Assembly: GCA_037137535.1 (NCBI GenBank)
Contig: JBAXKC010000013.1
Span: 1 to 62,066 of the forward strand
DNA length: 62,066 bases
Reading direction: 5' to 3'
Source of the DNA: a bacterium
GTDB lineage: Bacteria > Cyanobacteriota > Vampirovibrionia > Gastranaerophilales > JBAXKC01
The notes under the pieces were generated by a model that saw only the letters and a list, made by a program, of their open reading frames with translations, was not told the origin of the DNA and made no database searches. A program made the translations under genes and the position numbers. Positions 9,677 through 19,561 of this stretch are shown here, piece by piece (positions within the stretch are counted from its first letter, which is position 1; the number at the start of each line of letters is the position of its first letter).

Positions 9677-10372
9677 TTAACTTCTGCCTAATTCCTGAAT
9701 AGTCTTTGATAATTCATCATTTTGAGTGATAAATAACTGTCTGTTAGCTTCAAAGTTTCTTCTTACAGGAACCATTCTGAAGAATTCGGTTTGTAGTCTG
9801 ACGTTAGAGTCTTCTGTATAGCCTTGCCTTATGTCAATGTCTTGAGCTACGTTCCCGTCTAGTGATACAACTGATAATCTACCGACCTCATAAGTTTGTT
9901 TTGTTTTAAAGTCAACCATTGATACTGAACCGTCTTTGTTGAATTTTACTTGATCAAGATCTTCAGGAATTTTATTGAATTTCATAGGTTTCCCGCCGAA
10001 TGATAAAATTCTAAAACCTTCTTGCGTCAGTAAATGACCGTCTTTGTCTATTTTAAACCTGCCATCTCTTGTGAGTTTTACCCCTTGAGGTGTCAAGTAT
10101 TGAAAATAACCCTCATTTGCTATTGATAAGTCTAAAGGATTACCTGTTAATCTTATTCGCCCTACGCTTTTGTCAGTTGTTTTTGAGAGTGCATGAACTC
10201 CTGCTATTTCTGCAAATGAAGAAATAACGGCTTCTTTACGCTGGTATCCAACTTTGTTAAAGCCTATTACATTTTCATTTATGTTATTTAACAGTTCGGT
10301 CTGCATATACATTCCTTGTAGAGATGTGCATATACCGTTTCCGTTTAAGTTTATTTCGCCAAATAGTCTCAT
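9677..10372 (-). CDS. flgF: Rod protein, FlgF/FlgG family
   Basis: TGNPLDLSI-NEGYF, LTRDGRF, QGYTEDSNV and RNFEANRQ motifs; precedes flgG. Confidence 0.7.
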   Translation of the reverse strand: MRLFGEINLNGNGICTSLQGMYMQTELLNNINENVIGFNKVGYQRKEAVISSFAEIAGVHALSKTTDKSVGRIRLTGNPLDLSIANEGYFQYLTPQGVKLTRDGRFKIDKDGHLLTQEGFRILSFGGKPMKFNKIPEDLDQVKFNKDGSVSMVDFKTKQTYEVGRLSVVSLDGNVAQDIDIRQGYTEDSNVRLQTEFFRMVPVRRNFEANRQLFITQNDELSKTIQELGRS

Positions 10373-10508
10373 GCTTGCTCTCCGTTTTAGTTGTATTTCG
10401 ACTTTAAAAAAAGGTCTATTAATACACCTATAATCTTAATTTTTTAAGAGAATTTAGTAACCATTTATTTGAATGATTCTTTTGTTGAGTAACAGTTAAA
10501 TGTAGATT

Positions 10509-11444
10509 TTAAATTTTTGTTTTGCGATTTTCCAGTAATGATATTTTTTCATCGAGGGCAAATAATGCTTTAATAACTGTAAATGTAGCCGTAAGTACAT
10601 CACATGCTGGCGAAAGAATCTGTTTAATATGTATTTCTCTTTTGTCGTTTCTTTTTATTTGTAGTTCATTAAAATTTGTTTCTATTTTTTGCAGATGCGC
10701 AACATTTTTCACTTTTTCTAAAAGAATTTCTACATGATTTTGAGTTTCTTTTTCCTTAAAGTCATTTTCTATAACGCATTCTAACCCTCCTGCTTTTTTA
10801 TATACATAAATTTTAAATCTTCCGAGCTGTTCTGTTGTCATATATGCAAGTAAAGCAAGGTCTTTAGATTTTTCAGCAGGTATTTCTTCTTCAAATTCGC
10901 TTAAAATTTGAGGACTTTGTAAGGGCGCTGTAAATGGAATATAAAGTGGAATAATGTTATTTAAAAATTGATTTAACGGTATGTTATTTTCAGGTGTTAT
11001 CTTTTTAAGCAGAGAGACTAGTTCTTTTAATTGTGAAAGATTTTGAAAATTCTCGGGAGATGGAGAGGTTAATTTTAAAAGTTTACTTAGTGCTTCTTTA
11101 GAATTTGTTTGAAGTAATGAAATAAGTGATTTTATGTCAACTTCTGCACCTTGTGAAATTAATTTGCTTAATGTTTTAGCATCTTTAGCTTCGGGAAAAG
11201 ACCAGTTCATTAGATCCATCCACTCTTTGGGCAATTTTAGCAACTCTTTTATCAGCAGTAGTTGTTGATATAAGTTTATGTTGTTAAATTTCACCTCCTT
11301 ATTGAAATTAAAGTTTTCATTTAGGTATGTTTTAGGCGACATATTCGTTTGCGGTTGGCTTTCGGGCGCAGACTTCTCTTCAGTATTTGCTTGAATACTA
11401 ATATTTTTAACGAATGAAATTATATTTAACGGATTAATATTCAC
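10509..11444 (-). CDS. Hypothetical protein, possibly FliK-like at the C-terminus
   Basis: 311-aa ORF with GTG start, co-oriented upstream of the rod genes; segment LAYMTTEQLGRFKIYV loosely resembles the FliK C-domain. Confidence 0.45.
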   Translation of the reverse strand: MNINPLNIISFVKNISIQANTEEKSAPESQPQTNMSPKTYLNENFNFNKEVKFNNINLYQQLLLIKELLKLPKEWMDLMNWSFPEAKDAKTLSKLISQGAEVDIKSLISLLQTNSKEALSKLLKLTSPSPENFQNLSQLKELVSLLKKITPENNIPLNQFLNNIIPLYIPFTAPLQSPQILSEFEEEIPAEKSKDLALLAYMTTEQLGRFKIYVYKKAGGLECVIENDFKEKETQNHVEILLEKVKNVAHLQKIETNFNELQIKRNDKREIHIKQILSPACDVLTATFTVIKALFALDEKISLLENRKTKI

Positions 11445-11957
11445 TTTCGCCCATCTTTCCCGCTATTTGTAATTGATTATAATGATTATAACTTTCAAGT
11501 CTAATTTTATTAACCATTGTAAAGTTTATTTTGTATTTGAATTTATTTTATTTTCGTTTTACGGTTTGTATTTTTTTATAAAATATTATAATTTATTGAC
11601 TTTGTTATTTATTGTAATTATTGAGATACAGGACTTATTTATTTTTTATTGAATTACTATATGTTACATTTCTTAATTTTGAAAATACATCAAATACTGT
11701 GTTTACAAAGTTGAAAGTATCGTGATTGTTATACTTCTAATTTTTAAATAAAAAATCAGTTAAATTTTAATAAAACTATATTGTGTAAAAAATAAAAAAC
11801 TGTTACTATACTATTAATTGGTCATTCATTTGTTTAGCAAAAAGTGTTCAATTCGGGTAAGAGGTTAACTTTTAAGTTTTCCTTTATTTTTATCTCAAAG
11901 AATAAACAGAGAGACCTGCGGGATAATTTTTTTCGGGAAGGATGTTAAGAGTAAGCG

Positions 11958-12317
11958 ATGGGTATGAGCTTCAACAAGTTTGGCAAAATGTGCGTTATAA
12001 ATTTGCCATCGGACGTATTTACTCATATGAACATTGATGAATTAATTGATGTTATAAAGGTCAACATAGCTGACGGCTGTGCTGAGTTTTATCTTAATAT
12101 GACAAAAATTAATCGCATTGACGGTGTCGGAATGGGGGTTCTGATTCATATTCAGAAATTAGCTCATTTTAATGATGTAAGTATTCAATTATACGGAATG
12201 CAACCTGCTGTTAAGCAAATTTTGTTCCAGACAAAAATGAATAAAGTTGTAGAGCTTTGTGAATTTGAAGATATGGCTCAAAAGCTTTTCCCTAAAAGAG
12301 TTGCAATGATCGCATAG
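11958..12317 (+). CDS. STAS-domain anti-sigma factor antagonist-like protein
   Basis: 119 aa; LNMTKINRIDGVGMGVLI...LYGMQPAVKQILFQT matches the STAS pattern. Confidence 0.8.
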   Translation: MGMSFNKFGKMCVINLPSDVFTHMNIDELIDVIKVNIADGCAEFYLNMTKINRIDGVGMGVLIHIQKLAHFNDVSIQLYGMQPAVKQILFQTKMNKVVELCEFEDMAQKLFPKRVAMIA

Positions 12318-12350
12318 TAGTTTTAGATATAATAGAAAGGATATATCCTA

Positions 12351-13385
12351 ATGCAAAAGGTATATCCAAGATTGAAAAATATAACTAATCTTCAAAATAT
12401 AGCTGTTTTTATGGTCGTTTTGGGACATTGTCATCCGTTAAGTCTTGATAGTCCGTTAAGTCCGCATTGGCAAAGATATATTCATGAAATGATTTATAGT
12501 TTTAATATGCCGCTTTTCTTTGCATTGGCGGGTTTTTTGTTTTTTTATAAGTTTAAAAATCAAGATATTCAATATAAGCGTTTCATTTCAAATAAATTTT
12601 TCAGATTAATTTTACCTTATTTTTTATTGGGTACAGTTGGTTATTTAATAAAAACATTGTTATTTAATCATTTTGCCTTCAGACATTCGGCTTTTTCTAT
12701 AAGTGCTTATTTGAATAATTTTATTTTCCCTACAACCAATGCAATTGTTTTTTACTGGTTTTTACCAACAATTTTTTTAATTTTTATAATTGCTCCTTTA
12801 TTGAAAACTATTTATTGTAAAAGTAAAATATCTTCAATAGCTCTGGTTTTAGGCTCTATTCTTTTATATTGTTTTAATCCTTTTCGAGAGATTAGTTTTT
12901 TAAATATTGGCGGTGTAGTTTCTTATATATTTTCTTTTGTATTAGGTTTCGTACTTTGTGAATATAGAGATTTAATCAATAAAGTAAAGTTTAAGTTTTT
13001 AATTATTTTATTATTGTTATTCTTATTAAATTATTTAGTTTTTCTTCCAAAAATGTACATAATTAATATATTTACATCAATAATTGGTATTATAATATGT
13101 TATTTGTTTACAAATGGAACATTAAACAGGAAATTTAAAATTTTAGATATATTAGATGATAAATATTATCATATTTATTTACTTTCATGGTTTTTTCAAA
13201 TGCCTGTAAGGCTTTTATTTCAGGTTGGATTAATTGGCTATGAAGCAACCTTTGTTTTAATGCTTTTAGCAGGCTTATTTTTGCCGATATTAACAGTTAA
13301 TCTTGTATATGAGCGTTTTTTAGGCCTAAAACAATTTGTTGGCTTTAAAGTTAGTGAAATGTCTATTAATAAAACTAAGTCTTAA
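12351..13385 (+). CDS. Membrane O-acyltransferase (Acyl_transf_3 family)
   Basis: IAVFMVVLGH, IYSFNMPLFFALAGF, KFFRLILPY and YWFL motifs; multiple TM segments. Confidence 0.88.
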   Translation: MQKVYPRLKNITNLQNIAVFMVVLGHCHPLSLDSPLSPHWQRYIHEMIYSFNMPLFFALAGFLFFYKFKNQDIQYKRFISNKFFRLILPYFLLGTVGYLIKTLLFNHFAFRHSAFSISAYLNNFIFPTTNAIVFYWFLPTIFLIFIIAPLLKTIYCKSKISSIALVLGSILLYCFNPFREISFLNIGGVVSYIFSFVLGFVLCEYRDLINKVKFKFLIILLLLFLLNYLVFLPKMYIINIFTSIIGIIICYLFTNGTLNRKFKILDILDDKYYHIYLLSWFFQMPVRLLFQVGLIGYEATFVLMLLAGLFLPILTVNLVYERFLGLKQFVGFKVSEMSINKTKS

Positions 13386-13410
13386 CTTTATAAACGGTTA
13401 CCTTACAATG

Positions 13411-13446
13411 TTAAAGCCTCAAAATAAATTATGTTTGAGGCTTTAA
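13411..13446. terminator. Bidirectional hairpin terminator between convergent genes
   Basis: TTAAAGCCTCAAA...TTTGAGGCTTTAA perfect 13-bp inverted repeat. Confidence 0.7.
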
Positions 13447-13464
13447 TTATATTAATCTGAGTGA

Positions 13465-14775
13465 TTAGAAACTTATAATACTTCTTAATCCAAAGACTGT
13501 TGTGCTTTTTTCATTTCCATTAGGACGTATAATTACTTGTAAGTCAGGTTGAATTGCTAACCATGGTGTTAATTGAATTTTATGGTAAACTTCAACAGCC
13601 GTTTCTTTTGTTTGATTATTTAATGTTTTGCTTCTGCTGCTAAAGTGTGCTATTCCAGTTCCTACTCCGGTTTCATCTTGATTTCTTTTAGGAATAAGTC
13701 CTTTGTATCTTGCTCCAAATCCATAATATTGGTCTATCTGGTTAATATCTTCAGGTGCTGAACCAAATTGACCAAATATGTCTAAGCCTTGAGTTTTATC
13801 ACCTTTTTCGTGGAATACATTTTGTGTTGCGGCAAGATATATACCTTCGTTTCCGCCATAAGTGTTATTTTGACCTATTACTGTTGCATTTGCCGTATGA
13901 TACCAGCCGCCAAATTTATAAACACCTTCATGTCCTTTTACTTCAGGTTTTAATGTTATCTCTGCAATATGATAAGAGCCGCCTTTTTTATCAAAAGCTG
14001 TGTTAAATCCTGATCGGCCCACTCTTGCATCCCCGTCAAACATACCGTATCTTAAATCAACGTATTTAGACGGTGAATATTTTGTTGCTATTCCTAAAGC
14101 GGTATTTGGGCTATTAGGCATTTTGGAATTTGCAATAACTCCAAAAGATAGGTTCATAAAATTAGCTGTGCTTGGAAGTCCCATAAATTCAACGTTAGCG
14201 TTTTGTTTTCCGCCTTTTATTTCAACCTGTCCTTTGAATAAAGACTGTTTTAGCCAATATTCGTGCAGCATTACATATTTAGGAGCTCCATTGTTGTTAT
14301 AACCTTGAATATCACCAATATAACTCGGTGATAAATTCGTTCCCCTTAAATATTGCATATTTACACAGGCAGATCCGCCTTTCCACAGTCCCATTTTTTC
14401 AGAATCTAATAAAATAGAACTATTTCCGTAATACATGCCCGCTGAGCCTCTTCTGTTACCGATACCGCCTCTTGTTTTGGTTGCAGCATCAATTGTATAG
14501 GTTGTATTTAGGTATATACCTTTGTCTTCAAGTTTTGTTCTTGCTCCTAGCCAATCCCCTGTTGCATAGTTACCTTGTACCCAGCCTTTAAGTATACTTG
14601 GTTTTGCTTCTTCTGCTTTTAATCCACCTTTTAAATTATAAACAGGGACAATGTTTTTGTCCTCCGCAAAGGCACTAAGGCAGCTCATTGTGCTGATTAG
14701 TAAAACTGCAGATAATGGAATAACTTTTTTGAATAAATTTTTCATCATAATATACCCGATCCCTAAAACACTCAT
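13465..14775 (-). CDS. Carbohydrate-selective porin, OprB family (true start probably 14748 or 14745)
   Basis: Signal peptide, TGDWLGARTKLEDKGI, ETAVEVYHKIQLTPWLAIQPDLQ motifs and terminal Phe. Confidence 0.88.
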   Translation of the reverse strand: MSVLGIGYIMMKNLFKKVIPLSAVLLISTMSCLSAFAEDKNIVPVYNLKGGLKAEEAKPSILKGWVQGNYATGDWLGARTKLEDKGIYLNTTYTIDAATKTRGGIGNRRGSAGMYYGNSSILLDSEKMGLWKGGSACVNMQYLRGTNLSPSYIGDIQGYNNNGAPKYVMLHEYWLKQSLFKGQVEIKGGKQNANVEFMGLPSTANFMNLSFGVIANSKMPNSPNTALGIATKYSPSKYVDLRYGMFDGDARVGRSGFNTAFDKKGGSYHIAEITLKPEVKGHEGVYKFGGWYHTANATVIGQNNTYGGNEGIYLAATQNVFHEKGDKTQGLDIFGQFGSAPEDINQIDQYYGFGARYKGLIPKRNQDETGVGTGIAHFSSRSKTLNNQTKETAVEVYHKIQLTPWLAIQPDLQVIIRPNGNEKSTTVFGLRSIISF

Positions 14776-15091
14776 CTCTTCTCAACAAAAAACAGTAATT
14801 AAATATTTTGATAAAATTTAGTGTGTTATTATCATAGATTTTTGCAAAACAATATAAATCATAAAACAAGTTAGTTACTTTATTTATGAATATTGATTCA
14901 GCAAATAAAAATAAGACGATTTATTTTTAATCGACTTTTTTTTATGTTTATTACCGTTATATAAAAATATAACTATAAAACATCATTAAATTATTATCTA
15001 AACCAGCTTTTAACTTTTATTCAATTTTCTGCCTTCATGATCTTTATCTAAGATAAATGATGTTGAAGATTGTGTCAATTAAAAATATTAT

Positions 15092-15129
15092 AAAGATGCT
15101 TTGCTGTCATCATCGAGCAAAGCATCTTT
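15092..15129 (-). terminator. Probable clpB terminator
   Basis: AAAGATGCTTTGCT...AGCAAAGCATCTTT inverted repeat downstream of clpB. Confidence 0.65.
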
Positions 15130-15190
15130 TTCTGAATTCCTTGGCTTTTCAATAAAATACAACTGAAAATAGTTAATTTTATTGAAAAAT

Positions 15191-17806
15191 TTATATTTTT
15201 TTAAAGCTAAGTTCACCATTTGTTGTATCTATATTAATTTTATCGCCATCATTAAATTTACCTTCGATTATCATTTTAGAAAGCGGATTTTCAATCATTT
15301 GTCTTATTACTCTTTTTAAAGGTCTTGCTCCATATAGTGGATCGTAACCTTTTCTTGCAAGGAGTTCTTTTGCTGAGTCAGATATTTCAATTTTTATCTC
15401 TTTATCCGCAAGTAGTTTTGAAAGATTAGCTATTTGTATATCAACAATTTTTTGAAGCTGGAACATCGATAAGCCTTTAAAGAAAACGATTTCATCAATA
15501 CGGTTAAGGAATTCGGGACGAAAATGTTCTCTCATTAGTTCCATAACATCTCTTTTTGCTGATTCCATTGCGTTATCATTGCCCATTAAGGAGCTTAAAG
15601 TGCCTTCAAGTATGATATTACTGCCGATATTACTTGTCATTATTATTACTGTATTTTTAAAATCAACAGTACGTCCTTTTGAGTCTGTAAGCCTGCCGTC
15701 ATCAAGTATTTGAAGCATTATATTGAAAACATCAGGGTGCGCTTTTTCTATTTCATCAAATAAAATAACGCTATAAGGTTTTCTTCTAACCTGTTCCGTT
15801 AGTTGTCCACCCTCATCATATCCAATATATCCTGGAGGTGCTCCGATTAATTTAGAAACGGCATGTTTTTCCATATATTCTGTCATATCTATTCTTATCA
15901 AGGAATTTTCATCGTTAAATAAAAAGCCTGCAAGTGTTTTAGCGAGTTCTGTTTTACCTACACCCGTAGGGCCTAGGAAGATAAATGAACCTGTTGGTCT
16001 GTTTGGGTCTTTTAACCCTGCTCTTGCTCTTCTTACCGCTTCAGCCACAGCAGTAACGGCATCCTCCTGACCTATAACTCTATTATGAAGAACATTTTCC
16101 ATATCAAGAAGTTTCTTCATTTCACTTTCAATAAGTCTATTTACAGGTATGCCTGTCCATTTACTTACAATATCAGCTATGTCCTCTTCGTCAATTTCTT
16201 CTTTAAGAAGTATATTTTTTTCTTCTCTTCTTGATAAATTTTGCTCAATTTCTTTTAATTTATTTTCTAAACTTATTAGAGTTCCATATTTTAATTCCGC
16301 AGCTTTCGCCAGATCAGCATTTCTTTCGGCTGTTTCAATATCACGGTTTGTTTTTTCGATAGCTTCTTTTATGGACTTAACTAAAGTAATAGATTCTTTT
16401 TCTTCTGTCCATCTTTTTTGAAGATTGTCGATTTTAGATTGTAACGAGTTTATTTGGTTGTCTAAAACTCCTATTTTGTTTTTTGAAGCTTCGTCCGTTT
16501 CTTTTTTAAGTGCTTCTTTTTCGATTTCAAGTTGGATTTTTTGTCTTGAAATACTGTCTATTTCCTGTGGCATGCTGTCAATTTCAATTCTTAAAGTGGA
16601 TGCCGCTTCATCAATAAGGTCGATTGCCTTGTCAGGCAAAAATCTGTCAGAAATATATCTGTCAGAAAGTTTTGCCGCTGCAATTATTGCTGAATCTTTT
16701 ATTCTTACACCATGATGAACTTCATATTTATATTTAAGACCTCTTAAAATGCTTATAGTGTCTTCAATTGTAGGTTCATCCACCATTACAGGTTGAAACC
16801 TACGCTCTAATGCGGCATCTTTTTCAATGTATTTTCTGTATTCGTTAAGAGTAGTAGCTCCGATACATCTTAATTCTCCCCTTGCAAGTAAAGGTTTCAA
16901 TAAATTACTTGCATCGGTTGAGCCTTCAGAGCTTCCTGCACCTACGACCGTATGTAATTCATCAATAAATAATATAATTTCTCCGTCTGAGCTTTGAACT
17001 TCTTTTAATACGGACTTTAGTCGTTCTTCAAACTCACCACGATATTTTGCACCTGCAATAAGTGCGCCCATATCTAAAGAAATTAGTTTTCTATCTTTTA
17101 ACCCTTCAGGAACATCACCTCTGATAATCCGTTGTGCAAGTCCTTCAACAATTGCAGTTTTCCCTACACCTGGTTCGCCTATTAATACAGGGTTGTTTTT
17201 TGTTCTTCTGTTTAAAACTTGAACAACACGTCTTATTTCTTCATCTCTGCCTATAACAGGGTCAAGTTTTCCTTCTTTTGCTCTTTCGGTAAGGTCAATA
17301 CCATATTTTTCCAAGGATTGATAATTTTCTTCGGCATTTTGGCTTTCAGATTTTGAAGAGCCTCTGATTTCTTTTAAAATTTTATAAATAGATTCTTTTG
17401 TAATGCTGTTATTATTTAATATTTTACCGCTTTCATAGGATCTATCAGCTGTCATTGCAATAAGTATATGATCAATACCGATGAAACTGTCTTTTAGTCG
17501 TTCAGCTTCTTCCCCTGCAAGATCAATTGTTCTTTTGAAATCAATCCCTATATATAATTGATTATCATTTGCCTGATAGCTTACTTTTGGTTTTTTAGAT
17601 AAAGCCTCTTGTGTTTGTTTTTTGAGTGCTTCAATGTTTGCGTTTAATTTTTTAAGGATAGTAAAACCTAAGTTTTTATTATCTTCAAGAATAGCTAACA
17701 ACAAATGTTCAGGGGTGAGCTGATTATTGTTATATCTATGTACAATTTGTTGTGCTTCTAAAATAGTATTTTGTGCTTGTTGCGTTAATTTATTGAAATC
17801 TAGCAT
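15191..17806 (-). CDS. clpB: ATP-dependent chaperone ClpB
   Basis: Two AAA+ modules ([16 protein letters not shown]), long coiled-coil M-domain, 871 aa. Confidence 0.96.
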   Translation of the reverse strand: MLDFNKLTQQAQNTILEAQQIVHRYNNNQLTPEHLLLAILEDNKNLGFTILKKLNANIEALKKQTQEALSKKPKVSYQANDNQLYIGIDFKRTIDLAGEEAERLKDSFIGIDHILIAMTADRSYESGKILNNNSITKESIYKILKEIRGSSKSESQNAEENYQSLEKYGIDLTERAKEGKLDPVIGRDEEIRRVVQVLNRRTKNNPVLIGEPGVGKTAIVEGLAQRIIRGDVPEGLKDRKLISLDMGALIAGAKYRGEFEERLKSVLKEVQSSDGEIILFIDELHTVVGAGSSEGSTDASNLLKPLLARGELRCIGATTLNEYRKYIEKDAALERRFQPVMVDEPTIEDTISILRGLKYKYEVHHGVRIKDSAIIAAAKLSDRYISDRFLPDKAIDLIDEAASTLRIEIDSMPQEIDSISRQKIQLEIEKEALKKETDEASKNKIGVLDNQINSLQSKIDNLQKRWTEEKESITLVKSIKEAIEKTNRDIETAERNADLAKAAELKYGTLISLENKLKEIEQNLSRREEKNILLKEEIDEEDIADIVSKWTGIPVNRLIESEMKKLLDMENVLHNRVIGQEDAVTAVAEAVRRARAGLKDPNRPTGSFIFLGPTGVGKTELAKTLAGFLFNDENSLIRIDMTEYMEKHAVSKLIGAPPGYIGYDEGGQLTEQVRRKPYSVILFDEIEKAHPDVFNIMLQILDDGRLTDSKGRTVDFKNTVIIMTSNIGSNIILEGTLSSLMGNDNAMESAKRDVMELMREHFRPEFLNRIDEIVFFKGLSMFQLQKIVDIQIANLSKLLADKEIKIEISDSAKELLARKGYDPLYGARPLKRVIRQMIENPLSKMIIEGKFNDGDKINIDTTNGELSFKKI

Positions 17807-18072
17807 GATTAATCACTCCCTAAAAAATGGATTTATCTATTTATAAGAATAATCTATAAAAAACGTATTTTAATTAAATTTAATGATTATTTTATGATTG
17901 GCAATATTAAGTAATTCAAATTGTTAGATATAGATAACGAAGTGAAATTTAACTTAGTTATCTATAGTTTTAGTTTAACTATTAGTTAACTTCAATCTAC
18001 CGTGTAATTGTTATTGCTAAACACAAGTAATATTCTAATGGTATATTATAATTTGGGAGATATAAAATTACT

Positions 18073-18627
18073 ATGCCTAAAATAGAACAATCTGAATATA
18101 TTGTGACTAAAATAGATAAAAATATTGAAATACGAACTTATGAGCCTGTTATTCTTGCAGAAGTAAGTACAGAAGGCAATAGAAATGAAGCGGCGAATAA
18201 AGCTTTTTTTATTTTAGTAGACTATATTAAAGGTGAAAATATTTCTAATGAAAAAATAGCCATGACTGCACCTGTAAAGCAGCAGGGCGAAAAAATAGCT
18301 ATGACCGCACCTGTTAATCAAAGCGGTGAAAATAAAAACTGGAAAGTCTCTTTTACAATGCCGTCAAAATATACAATGGAAACTATACCAACTCCTGAAG
18401 ACAATCGCATACGACTTTATCAGACACCGAAAGAAGAGCGTATTGTTATAAAATTTGCGGGGATTTGGAGTGATTCCAATTTTACTAAAAATAAAATAAA
18501 ACTTGAAAAATATATTAAAGATAATAATTTAAAAATTAAGGGCGATGCTTTATATGCTTATTATAACTCTCCTTTTTCAATTCCGTTTTTAAGGCGAAAT
18601 GAAGTTATGTATGTTTTAAATCAATAA
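18073..18627 (+). CDS. SOUL family heme-binding protein
   Basis: Duplicated EKIAMTAPV, F-MPSKY and YNSPFSIPFLRRNEV motifs. Confidence 0.9.
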   Translation: MPKIEQSEYIVTKIDKNIEIRTYEPVILAEVSTEGNRNEAANKAFFILVDYIKGENISNEKIAMTAPVKQQGEKIAMTAPVNQSGENKNWKVSFTMPSKYTMETIPTPEDNRIRLYQTPKEERIVIKFAGIWSDSNFTKNKIKLEKYIKDNNLKIKGDALYAYYNSPFSIPFLRRNEVMYVLNQ

Positions 18628-18639
18628 ACTGTATTATGC

Positions 18640-18671
18640 AAAACGCTCCTTCTTAATTGAAGGAGCGTTTT
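18640..18671. terminator. Bidirectional terminator
   Basis: AAAACGCTCCTTC-TTAATT-GAAGGAGCGTTTT between convergent genes. Confidence 0.8.
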
Positions 18672-18686
18672 ACTATTAGGTGATAT

Positions 18687-19088
18687 TTATTTTTCTAAAA
18701 CAGAAATATTGTTAATGCCCGCGGTTTTTGCCGTATCCATAACATTTACTATTGAACCATGTTCTGATTCTGAATCGGCTTGAATTATTAACCCGTCTTT
18801 TTTCTTTTTTGCTTCATCTTGTAATACAAAAATCAGATTTGATTGGCTTATTTCTTTGTCATCAATGCTAAATTTATTGTTTTTATCAATGCTTACTGTG
18901 ATTAATTTACTTTCTTTTGAGTCTTTAGACTCTTGAGAGGTAGGAAGCATTAATTTTAAACCTTGTTTGTCTAACATTGGAGCTATAACCATCATAATAA
19001 TAAGTAAAACAAGGAAAATATCGGTTAAAGGTGTTATGTTTATTTCGCTAAAGGTTTGACTTCTTCTTTTATTGCTCATAATTTGCAC
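18687..19088 (-). CDS. exbD: ExbD/TolR family protein
   Basis: EINITPLTDIFLVLLIIMMV TM with conserved Asp; IIQAD motif. Confidence 0.88.
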   Translation of the reverse strand: MQIMSNKRRSQTFSEINITPLTDIFLVLLIIMMVIAPMLDKQGLKLMLPTSQESKDSKESKLITVSIDKNNKFSIDDKEISQSNLIFVLQDEAKKKKDGLIIQADSESEHGSIVNVMDTAKTAGINNISVLEK

Positions 19089-19542
19089 CTGCTTGTGTAT
19101 TAATATTATTTCCTTGAAGTTTATTAGCTTGTTCTTCCGATAGCGGTTGCCCTGCTACTGTTAGTTTTTCAAAGCCTGCATCTTGTGCTGAGTGCATAAC
19201 AGAAAGAATATTCCCTGATTTAGCTTTAGTATCAGCTTGAACAACTACTGTTTTATTGTCTGATTTTATCAATAGTTGTTTTAACTCGTCAGTCAAACTT
19301 TCTTTACTAACTTTTTTAGAGTTTATAAAAAAGTTACCCTCTTTTGTAACTGATACTGTCAGGTCGTTTTTATCTACTGACGTACCGCTCTTAATCTTGG
19401 GCATTTTTATATCTTTGTTCATTGCCTGAAATGTCGGAGCCATTACCATCATTATAATTAATAAAACAAGGAAAATATCTGTTAAAGGAGTGATATTAAT
19501 TTCGTCAAATGTATCGCTCTTATTTCCGGAATTTATAGCCAT
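19069..19542 (-). CDS. exbD: ExbD/TolR family protein
   Basis: EINITPLTDIFLVLLIIMMV TM; VVVQAD motif. Confidence 0.88.
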   Translation of the reverse strand: MAINSGNKSDTFDEINITPLTDIFLVLLIIMMVMAPTFQAMNKDIKMPKIKSGTSVDKNDLTVSVTKEGNFFINSKKVSKESLTDELKQLLIKSDNKTVVVQADTKAKSGNILSVMHSAQDAGFEKLTVAGQPLSEEQANKLQGNNINTQAGANYEQ

Positions 19543-19561
19543 TTTATTACCTCAAGACTTT

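Noticed and set aside
17807-18072. CIRCE or CtsR heat-shock operator upstream of clpB
   Set aside because: No TTAGCACTC-N9-GAGTGCTAA or CtsR heptad repeats seen
18250-18315. Direct repeat encoding EKIAMTAPV twice
   Set aside because: Ordinary feature of bacterial SOUL proteins
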